Positions 53,725 to 64,000 of a DNA stretch of 64,000 bases are shown here, in pieces. The position numbers were made by a program, and so were the translations under genes. The stretch is from Dimorphilus gyrociliatus (taxonomy: Eukaryota > Animalia > Annelida). The first letter of the stretch is position 1; each line of letters opens with the position of its first letter. The stretch is taken from the NCBI GenBank assembly GCA_904063045.1, contig CAJFCJ010000003.1, positions 2,280,504 through 2,344,503 on the forward strand, given 5' to 3'. Under the pieces are notes generated by a model, which was not told the origin of the DNA, did no database searches, and was given only the letters and a program-made list of their open reading frames with translations.

Positions 53725-55009
53725 TTACTTTTCGGTAGAGAAATGAAACAATTTTCATATTGTCTAAAGATGGGTAAGGAAAAACATACCACAGAGGGCG
53801 CGGTAAGAGGGGGATTTTTAGGCATGTAATCGGTAATCCCGTAGGTCGCCTCACTGATCTATTATTGTAAAAAGTTGTTGTTGGGTGTTAGCAAGTTGTT
53901 GCCGGAGAGGAAGAAGAGATAATCTTTGCTTATTCTAATAGTCATTAGCAAATCGGTTCGATTTACCTATTATACACTCTATAGTTCCTAGAATGACAAA
54001 CATGTACAAATGGATTTATTTTGAGAAAAGGGTCGACTTTTTTCTACATAAAGAGAGTTATATTTCCCTTATATCTGTTACATAATATGTACAATTGACT
54101 ACAATCCTGGAAATCCCCAATAGACTATATAATAAGTATATTGGTGCAATCCAAACGAATTCGTCAAGTTAATAAGATTGATAGGCCAACTGTAGAAAAC
54201 GGAAAGAGCATTAGCATATTAGTGATGCGGAAGATGAAGACGGTACCGTCTAATCTGAAAGCTTCCCGAAAGAAAAAAATCTCATAGATAAGTATATACT
54301 CGTTAGGCAGGAGCATATCGACTTTCGACTAGAAAAGATTTTCTACCAAAACGTCAATTATCAGTGCAAAAAGTCTATCCCGCGGAAAGATTTCTATTCG
54401 GTTATACAGTTCATATATTCGGTGTTGACAAGGTACCATACGCATGCGCGTTGATGGGTTCTTAAATGCTCTTGTACAAACGTATTATAATAAAAGTCCA
54501 CCTTTCTTTCACTAGTGACATTTATTCTCGAGTAATATCGGTCTATTAGAGGCAGAGTCTACATAACTCTGTATATATACACTACATATATATATATATA
54601 TATATGTTTATATGTTTACATATATATATTTATACGTATAGATACAATATACAAATATTGTTTTGAAAAGTGCTATAGCAATGATTTTTCACATGTTTGC
54701 TTATGAATTGAACTTGTTGTTTACTTTTGTACAAAATAGAATTTTAAGTTGTCTATAAATGGTATTTTCCTGTTAATGTCTATATTTAGTTACGTTTCTG
54801 GCAATTATATCTGTATATTTGCGTCTTTAACAATTATATGAGTAATACGCAAACGAGATTTATGAGGGTAAATAACGTTCGAAATCGAATGAATACTTTG
54901 TCGGTTTGGATTTGCCTGGCAGTCATTTCTCTCCATTGACTTTTTCTCACTTATCGGCACTAGAGGGAGCAAGTGAAAAATTTCCCGCTGTCAGTCATCA
55001 GCATGCAAA

Positions 55010-57504
55010 ATGGAAGGACGTCGGCGACTTGTTCTACAACTGACTATACTATTTTTTCCAATAACTGCTCCAACTTACCCAACAATATCCTCAACTTGTA
55101 AGTTATTGTAACATTATATATATGTTTGTTTAAGAGTAGTTCAGCCTGATTTTTCTTTGCTTTTATAATGAATAAAAAAGGGAGAGAGCGAGAGAGAGAG
55201 AGAAAGAAAGAAGAAAAATTTTTTTCTCTCTTTCTATAATATGTGAAAACTTGTTACTCTTCTGTTAGTAAGATGGAAAGATTTACCGTAATATTTGTCG
55301 CCTACAAGTATCCAATCAATTAATTGATTAGACAGGTGTAGCGTCTCCTTTTTTCAGACACTCTGCCGTCTACAGACGATCCTTGCCCTTCAAAGGAAAG
55401 TCTGAAAGTGACGGGAGCAACTGTAAAATCGACCAAATTCGCATTGGAAGGGCTAAATTCATCTTGCTTGCTATTCGAGGCAGCTAAACGGTCGGAAAAT
55501 TATCGTTTCAAATTAGCTGCTCATTTCGAACAATTTCATTGGGAGAGCTGTTCAGTTATTTTAGAAATCTTCTTAAATGGAAATGATTCAACAAGAGCCG
55601 TCACTCAATTAAGCTGCGGTAATAAAAAGCCGGAACGACAATTGACCAGCCTGAGCGATAGTATTCTATTCAAGGTAAGAAAAAAAGCTGCAAATAGCTC
55701 AGACAAATGTTTGTTAAAGGTCGGATGTTGAAAATCTAATAAAAAACGCAGTTTAATAATCTATAAACTATACAAGATAATTTATATCGAATATTTTAAT
55801 ATTGAGAACGAATGTTTATTTATTCATCCAATAAAGATTAGAAGAAATTCAACGGACGTTGGTAGGTTCGGATTTCATCTGGTTTTAGCTTCTTATTCAG
55901 TAGGTAAGCAAAATAATAACATTTCATTAGAGGCTAAAAGGAAGGAAAAGAATTTTATTCTTTCCTCTTACCGTAATAAAATAGATAGAGAAAGTGAAAG
56001 TGTAAAACAGATAGTAATTGTGAAAAAAAAATGTTTATATTATATTTCTAAATTAGAAGAGAATTGCGTCGATTTCCGATGTCAAACTGGACTATGCATC
56101 GCTGAAAATCTGGTTTGCGATTCTGTAAATCATTGTTCGGACGGAAGTGACGAAAGGCCCCGAGCCTGCGCTAGTATATTTTTGATAATTCTTGTAAACA
56201 AATTCTACTTTATTTTTACTTTAATCCAAAACTTTAGATCGTAATATGATAGGAAATAAAGGAAAAGTTGGCCTTGGAGTCGTGATAGGTCTGACATTGG
56301 GCTTACTTTTACTATGTGTTTTCGGAATGGTTGGTTTAAGTATTTGCTGTAAAAGAGGTAGCACCTTGCAGAGATACGGAGAGACACCGACTACTCTGGG
56401 TGAGCTGTTTCATTTAGTATTTAAAACAATTTTTTTTTATCTTCCAAAGAAAGACTAATGCCTTTTTTCTGACTTTCATTGTCATTTCTTCTTAATGCTT
56501 GCTTTCATTTTAAATCAAAAAGCGGAAAACAAAGCCGATCAACGTTTCGATCAAACAGCGTCAACCGTTCTGCAAAATAAATATATGCCAGTGCCGCCTT
56601 CTCAATGCGTCGGTAAGTGCGAATATAAGTAATATTTTATCATTAATAAGCTAACAACCATCTTACGTTCTTACGTACCATTCACGTGAATGGTTTTTTT
56701 AAACTTTATTATCTACGCCATCTGCCGGTAATTTAGCTATCTATGAAAATAAATTTCATTCATATCTTACAAGTGACGCTATAAAAAACCGAAACATTTT
56801 TAAAATAATGCAATAGTAAGTCATTTTAAAATGCAAAAAAAAATAAAGTTGAAAAAGGCAAAGAGATAATGTAGAAACTTATCTAGAAGGTCATAAATCT
56901 TTGGCCCCCGGATCTTTCAAAGAGCTTTTCGAGAGATGGTATATCGAATGAATTCTTCAGTAATTAATATGATTCGTGTATGGAGAAAGCCATTTTATGG
57001 TTAATAAACTCCCTTGTAATATTACTGATTTGAAAAAACTAGTATTTCTATGAATAAGAGGATGTTTTTTTTTGCCATAAAGAAATAATATGGAAAAAGG
57101 AATTAGATAGAATACTAAGTGTACGTGAAAAGCATAGGTTTGCCTTTTAAAAACTGGTTGTAGATTTTTTTTTCTTTTTATTCATTATTTCTCTCTTATA
57201 CCTAAAAAATTCTGTATGTAATTAATATCGATTGAAGGAGAACGAGTACAGTCCCTTTCTTCCTTTCTCGCCCTATTATACTCTTAATCTTTATATTCAT
57301 AACATAGTAAGAGGGAATTACCTGCATTCATATTAGGGGTTGAAGCTAAGATAACCTTTATTTTTAAATATTTGTACATTAGCCTGCAGGTCGGACGCGG
57401 AATCAAGAGGACACTGACAATGTCGGACCACGCCCAGTGTACCTCGACATTACTACATTCATTCAGACGAGGAGGAATTGGAAATGTGCTTGACGACTGT
57501 CTAA
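55010..57504 (+). CDS. Single-pass membrane protein: signal peptide, CUB-like domain, LDLa repeat, TM, cytoplasmic tail (Neto/CUB-LDLa-like); stop at 57417 or 57504
   Basis: MEGRRRLVLQLTILFFP signal; exon 55358-55674 is CUB-like; FRCQTGLCIAENLVCDSVNHCSDGSDE is LDLa; VGLGVVIGLTLGLLLLCVFGMVGLSICC is TM. In-phase tail exons at 56523, 56887-56938 and 57390. Confidence 0.75.
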
Positions 57505-57748
57505 TAATGAGAATTAGATTGTTGGAATATAGGCGACAACCTCTGTCCTGGACGAAAGTCTGTAGGATATCGACGTTGCATTGGACGTGGTCGAGAAATC
57601 GGATAAAAATTTTATTTTCTTCTTTTTTTATTAACTAAGAAAAAAACAGACTGTAGGAGACAAACTCTTAAACTCAAAAAAGAAAGATATTGTGATTTTT
57701 TTTTAATTTAATTAATTATTGTTGTGGATTACTAGCCCGTTTGAAAAA

Positions 57749-58162
57749 TCAGGAATTTGTAGTTGGAAGAAAATTAGCTACTCGTTTTTCAAGTTCCGCT
57801 TGATGTTCTTTTAAAGCTTTAAACATAGCAGCTCTCTCCATATCTGAAGATATACTCTCCATACTTCCCCAATCCGGTAGATGGCGATTTTGAAAAGAAC
57901 CGTGAGGTGTTAGACGAGCAGCATCCCTCTTAGCTATTAAAGGAGGCGTTTTCACTTGACGAATATCATCTAGTTCGTTAACGAGTTTCTTCTTATCCTT
58001 TATGTGTCTCCTATTACACCTTAACCGCTGAGCATCGAGCTTTTCATTCTTTTTCTCCAATTGCTTGTCGACCGTTTTGTTATTCTTTTCACAAATTGCA
58101 AAATTCGTTTTGGCAAGAATTTTTCCACTGGCTTGTAACATAACCAAATCTTGAGAAGACAT
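57749..58162 (-). CDS. Small basic coiled-coil protein of unknown function (137 aa, single exon)
   Basis: ATG-initiated ORF, more GC-rich than its flanks, with heptad-like KQLEKKNEKLDAQRLR and ELEKRVANFL segments. No family recognised with confidence. Confidence 0.55.
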   Translation of the reverse strand: MSSQDLVMLQASGKILAKTNFAICEKNNKTVDKQLEKKNEKLDAQRLRCNRRHIKDKKKLVNELDDIRQVKTPPLIAKRDAARLTPHGSFQNRHLPDWGSMESISSDMERAAMFKALKEHQAELEKRVANFLPTTNS

Positions 58163-59087
58163 GATGAAAGCAATATAGATAATTTTCTTTCTTTCTTCAC
58201 GATTCTAAATTATACCAGATGAACAGAGAAAGAATAATGTTTCTATGTCTTTTTTTCGTTTAGTCTTCTTGTCTTTTCTCTATTAAAAAGGATAATTTTG
58301 AATAAAGCTGCTGATATATTAAATAATAAAGTATTTATAATATATACGAAAAAGAATTAAGTCGATTAAGAATTTAATATGTCGATTGCCTCCGCACAGG
58401 TTCGAAACAATCTAAACACAAACGGTTTTTTGTTATAAAATCGTTATCTTTTTCAATTTTCAAGTGTTCTCCGTCAACTGAATATTTATAGTTATACTTG
58501 ATGTTGTTTACAAGAATTTTCCCTTATCAAATAGATCAGCAGAATCCGAGTTCGGGCGTCTTATTTGTTCGAGTTAACTACATGTAATAAATTAACTATT
58601 TTCAACCGATTTCGTACTATTATGCTTGAAAAATTAATGAAGGATTCAACATATTCATGTTTTTAAAGTTGATATTCTCATATCAATGCTTTTAAATTCA
58701 AGAGTTAATCATACATTTTAAGGAGTTCTTATTGTATAATAATCAAAAAGTTCTCTTGAAGACGATCCCCTATGAATGTAAAAACTAATCAAACAGTCGC
58801 AGCAACACTTATTTATCGTAATCTTGAAATAACCTTACTTTATTTAATCTCCTATCCAAATAATATTCTTCATAATTTTCAATACGATATCCAATATCTA
58901 TATATATTTATAGTTTTATATAGGAAAATGCACCAATAAATAATCTTTCAGGATCGAATCAAACTTGTTTAACTCTTTATTTTTATCCAACTGTTAATTA
59001 AATCAGTGATTGGCAAGAGCCAACAAATGTGATACTAAACAAATTATTCGATTCATAGGACTATGAAATCGTTCTCAGTCCGCAGAC

Positions 59088-60249
59088 ATGAATACCCTTA
59101 TTCGCATCCACATATGTGCTTTACTGATTCAGGCCCAATTAAATCTAGGATCAGAGATTCGAGATGTGACTTTCTTCGGCCGGAATTGTAAAGGGACTGC
59201 CCAAACTTATAATAGGAGAGTAAGGAGTAAGATAGATTGTCTTCTTTTGTGTTTGGGTAAGGTAAAATGCGAAGCTGTAAATTACCTAAGGGCATCCAAC
59301 GAATGCCAATTAGTGAACTCAGAACATCTGATCAGCAAAGAAGCAGGAATCGAGTATCTCACGGTTAATTGCTTACCTACCTTTTTTTTTTATTTCCTAC
59401 CTAAATCCTAAATATGTGCAGCTGATAATAGCATATACATTTAAATATATAGTATACATATATATATATACATGTAAACGTATATATTAAAGCTAATAAT
59501 ACCTATAAAACTATCAATAATTCTGTTATATAACGCTGATATTTTTATATAAATATAGATCATATATATTCATATTAACTATTTTCAATTTCCAATCAGA
59601 CTATAAAAAGTTCATCGTGTGAAAAAAAGCAAGTAGAAGGTAATTAATTTATTTAAAGAAATATTTTTAAAACTAATCTACTCCATCTATCGGTTTAATT
59701 TGTTTTTTTTTATTTATTTAATATTCTTTATTTCTATTTTTATTCTAAAACTACTCAGGATTTCAAGGGTTTGAGATTAAACCAAGAGCCAAAACTGACA
59801 ACCTAATGAAGTTTATGTTAATATTTCGAGTCGATAAAAAATTTAGAACCAGTGGCCGAGTTGTTAAAGTTAGCTATTATCAAAATGTCTACGATGAAGG
59901 AGTTACAACTTTCTACACGAATATATTCCAAACTAATTTTGATGGTAGACCCTCTCCCAACCATTATAAGCCTGCCAAATATGCTAGATGTGATGTTCAA
60001 AGAGGGGGAATAAACGAATGTGTCATAGATATCAAGTTTAATATAAATGATGTTATTGGCGTTTTTTTCCCAGAAAATTCTGCAATTCCTTATAGTCAAG
60101 GGTGTTCTTCGGAAGAGGAAGATTCGACTCAATTAAGTATTTCAAAAGAACCAATAGAAAACCTAGAAGCAATAATGTTACAGCCAGTAGAATTCTACAA
60201 AGTGGATTGTAGAGAGTATAGTTTAAATTTTACGTACGTCTTTGATTAG
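59088..60249 (+). CDS. Secreted protein with PAN/apple domain plus unannotated C-terminal domain; 3 exons
   Basis: Signal-like N-terminus and SKIDCLLLCLGKVKCEAVNYLRASNECQL (PAN pattern). In-phase GT-AG joins through a 40-nt exon (~59600) into ORF 59806-60249. Confidence 0.75.
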
Positions 60250-60342
60250 TTAGTAATTTACTGTTATTCATTACAATAAAAACATTAACAGATAATAAAA
60301 AATATATATATAGATATTGTATATATTAATATATCTTATCAT

Positions 60343-61787
60343 TTATGAACTATCTATTTCACTAGTGTCAATCATCTCAAACTTTTCATAAGTAGGTTCC
60401 GTTGACTGTTTTCTGCATTTGACAAAACAATTCTTGACTACGTACACTAGATAAGCAACTGATGGTAAGAGCGACCCAAACACTGCATAAGATATTGGAA
60501 CGAGACTTGCAAGATCAGATTCCGGATGTTGGAAGGAAACGTTTAAAAGAAAAATACTCATTGCAACATTTTGGAATCCAGTTTCAACCGCAATTGTTAT
60601 GTTTTTATTTCTACCTTGTTTAAAGATTACTGCAATTAAAAATCCAAAACAGTAACCGCATGCCGATAAGACCAGACAAGAAGAGATCAACTTGAAATTT
60701 ATAAGTGGTATCATATACCAATTAGAGTAGAGTAAAACCGCAAAAAATACCGTGCCAGAGCTTATCATAAAAAGCTTCAGATACCGACCAACAATTGCTG
60801 AGAATTTAGGCAGGAATCTAGTCAAAAGCATTCCAATTATTACTGGTATTGTTAGAACTGCCAGTGACACAAATACATTTTTTATGGGTATTTGAATTTG
60901 TGTGTCTGCTAAAATTCTTGTTCCGAGAACATGAATCCACATCGGTGTCATCGCTACAATAATGTTTTATTATCTCCAATTAGAATACATTTTCAAAATA
61001 TTGTATAGCATCTTCAACTAACCAAGTGCTGCAAAAGTACTTACAGTACTCATAGTAATACTTAATTCGAGATCTGCGTCTAATAGGATAGCGAAGATAT
61101 TACTCCCACCACCTCCAGGTGCTGATCCAATCGTTAATAGTCCTATACCAAATAAAGGATTCAGATTCCAAATCTTTGCTATTATAAAAGAAAGCTAAAG
61201 AAAATTTAAAGAAAAATGTTATGATTCGAAAATGTCTGTAAATATTTACGAACCGGTGCCATTAATGCAAATTGACAAAAGAAGCCAATAGCAGGAGCAA
61301 TTGGTCTTTTAATAATATTCAATAGAAGCGATACGTTTAGCTTACAACCGAAACCTATGTTATTTGCCACTATTAACATTCCGAGAATAATTATAAACCC
61401 AATTTTTATCGAATTCCTATTCGATACAACTATTATCCTGTTATTTTCCATATTAATGGATAAATTCGTCTGATTAATTGTTTGAATAAAATCAAACTTA
61501 GTAATCCCAATAAACTCTCCTCTAAGATTTAACGTTGTCTCATTATCCAATTTTAATGTCGAATCATTCAAGTATGCCACGTTTCGATTTGTTGTTGATA
61601 TATTAATAAAACGATTTGTAAAGAATTCATCGTAATTATCGCATAATGTTAAATTAACAAAGAAATTTATATTGATACTTGAAGAATGTTTCAAGTTAAT
61701 TTCCTTTGGATCGGTATTAATTTCAATCTGACAAAGATCACTACAAACTAGTGCTAAATTAAATAGTAATACCAATAATTTGTACAT
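60343..61787 (-). CDS. SLC10 sodium/bile-acid symporter family protein with extended extracellular N-terminus; 3 exons
   Basis: NIGFGCKL...KRPIAPAIGFFCQF, SAPGGGGSNIF...DLELSITMS and AVETGFQNV are SBF motifs; a signal peptide and N-glycosylation sequons precede them. Confidence 0.93.
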
Positions 61788-62813
61788 TGTTCAGTTCATC
61801 GACAGATTTCAAATAATCAGTTAAAATAAAGAAAAAGAGGCTTATCTTTAAAGAAAGTAGGTCTACTTAACAAATTGAACGAAACAAGAGAATAATAGTA
61901 AAAACATGGCGCTTTATATTTATATAAATATGTATATTATATATATATATTACATATATCTACTGTATATATTTGTATTATGTTTACATATTTAATATTA
62001 TATACGAAATATGCACAGTAATTTCGTTCTTTTACTATTCTTCCTTTTGTTTAATTATGTTACACAATAGATTATATGCATTATTTATTTTATTATTCTC
62101 TATATATTGGCATTATAAATATGAGAAGTTTTTAGTTATTAGTTTCTATTATTATTTATTGATTAATGATAGTATTTCCATTCATCAATCATTTTACTAA
62201 GAAATGGTAGTGGTTTTATTATATAACCTTTAGAAAGTAGATTAAATATGAACTTATATTAATTTCCATTCATACTTCGTTTGTTTACAAAAAAAAACAA
62301 TAATAAAGATTTTCTAATTTGGATATTGATAGCAAAAAAAATCTGTGTTTGTAGCGATGCAAACTTGTCTTGAAAAGATTTTCGCTAATCTTGAAACCTC
62401 CCCAAATTTAGACGTACCCGGGTACCTCATCCGTTTTCTACTTTCCGGAGAATTTTAAATGACTTTACATTATCGCTCGTCGAACAATTTCCCACAAAAG
62501 ACCTAATGCTCATTGATAAGACATATAGAAGCTCCTTTTGGGTATGTATAGACCAAGTTATACACAATGCGATGTCATTAGACTAGTTTACATCCAAATA
62601 AGTGACAAAAACGAATAAAAAAGGGTTTTTCCTTGGACATACCCGAAAATCCATAGTTCCTGTGTAGTGAGAAATATATTACTGATTTGTTAAAATATAA
62701 GTCACGACCTTTATGTTGATTAATGCTGGTGGCTTGTTGACACTACGGTAAAAGTACAATCGTGCCCTGCATGACTAATAGGGCTCTTAGAAAAGAGTAA
62801 ATAATTTCTTAAA

Positions 62814-64000
62814 ATGGTTCTCAAAATGGATAGTACAACTTATCAAAACTTTCCCATTGTATCAGCAGTAACAAAAGTTGTTTCTCCTAAAGAAAAGGTT
62901 TTTATTTTTGTTATTATAAGAAAGGAAAGAGATTTTGTATAGCTGAAACTATTATTCAGACGTTTACAATTCTGAACTACTTTATTTAAGACTGAAAAGT
63001 TTGAATTTCTCTCTTAATTATTAATGTGATGTTTACATTATTTATCGGTTTTCAGAATGATTGAGACAGGTAATAATTTGCTTACCTTAAGTACTAAATC
63101 CAAATAGAAGTATCCGTTATAATATTAATATGTTTGAAACAATATGAATGACGAATTATCACTTTATATATTGCTTAATACATATTAAATTTATAATTGT
63201 AGTTTCTTATCACTAGGAAAAAAAACAACAATATATTGAAAAAAGAGTTTATTATATCTAAAATATGACTCTTTCCATCAGTTTCCATATATCACTATCA
63301 TGGTATGACATTCTTAATTGACATGATATCAGAAACCTAAACACACTCGTGCTATACTATTTAATTAAGCATCAGACACGTTTTTTAGCATTTGCTATTT
63401 GTCGCTTTTTATCGTTGGCCTTTTGTACTTAATTTGCAGCCTCTTTATGGCTGATAAACGACATTTTGATATTACTAATCGGTTAACGAACACGAATGTT
63501 TTTTTTTTCTATTTATGAAAACTTGATCATTTACACCTGATTTGCTAGATATATTGAAAAAAACTAGATTTATTAATAATGACTTCCAATGCTACTGGAG
63601 TAAGTAAATTTGGATGCTATTTGAATTCTGAGAACAAAGAATATAGTTAAAATATTTCTTGTTATCTATTCTCACCATTCCTGAAATTGCTCTTTGCAGG
63701 GGGCTAATGGCTTCGATAATTTGAAGAATTATATGAAACAGAGTAATGATTTCATAAAAAATTTATCCGGTTTGCTCCAAGAAAGGTAGAGGTGATAAAT
63801 TTTTATCTATTTATTACAAATATTTCTTGTACAACTAACCAGGAGCGAAGCAGAATTAAATTTTTCAAAGAATTTATCAAAGATAAGCAAAAAACTAAGC
63901 CGTTATTGCTCAACCGAACTAACTATTTACGAGGCATGGGGTATGTCAGCTTCGGAGATGGAACAAGAAGCAGAAGCTCACAAGAATGTTTCAATTGCAA
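62814..64000 (+). CDS. NOSTRIN: F-BAR (FCH) protein, NOSTRIN-like; 5' part only, with candidate first exons at 62814-62897 and 63579-63599
   Basis: GANGFDNLKNYMKQSNDFIKNLSGLLQER|SEAELNFSKNLSKISKKL...AWGMSASEMEQEAEAHK matches the FCH N-terminus; truncated by the window end. Confidence 0.72.

Noticed and set aside
54238-54251. Perfect 14-bp palindrome AGACGGTACCGTCT
   Set aside because: Single copy; palindromes of this length are expected by chance in 64 kb.

Overview
AT-rich, gene-dense eukaryotic window: about 21 protein-coding genes in 64 kb, mostly with short (45-110 nt) GT-AG introns. The proteins are bilaterian-type, and the compactness fits a compact-genome lophotrochozoan such as the meiofaunal annelid Dimorphilus (inference only). 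Gene order: USH1G/SANS(+), SIRT6(-), MAIP1(+), ARIH2(-), MRPS22(+), DLK/LZK MAP3K(+), DHRS11(-), PMVK(-), divergent DLC-like RhoGAP-START(-), SEC14-like(-), Ly6/three-finger protein(+), a ~5.7 kb gene-poor stretch, intronless 16-finger C2H2 protein(+), Ebony-type NRPS(+), VPS26(+), mitochondrial thioredoxin reductase(-, selenoprotein with a clear SECIS), tropomyosin(-), CUB-LDLa receptor(+), small coiled-coil protein(-), secreted PAN protein(+), SLC10 transporter(-), and a NOSTRIN-like F-BAR gene running off the end(+). I found no rRNA, tRNA, CRISPR array or recognisable transposon. Four items stand out. (1) The tropomyosin locus has two pairs of mutually exclusive exons, intronic RNA pairings positioned to control them, and an internal alternative first exon resembling the atypical Drosophila Tm1-I/C isoform. 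(2) The thioredoxin reductase ends in E-C-U-S rather than G-C-U-G and has an SRE-like hairpin just after the Sec codon. (3) The Ebony NRPS has a diverged amine-selecting domain and an apparently broken splice acceptor. (4) The CUB-LDLa gene has a PDZ-ligand tail hidden behind a UGA. Exon boundaries were read by eye, and family assignments rest on remembered motifs, not database searches.
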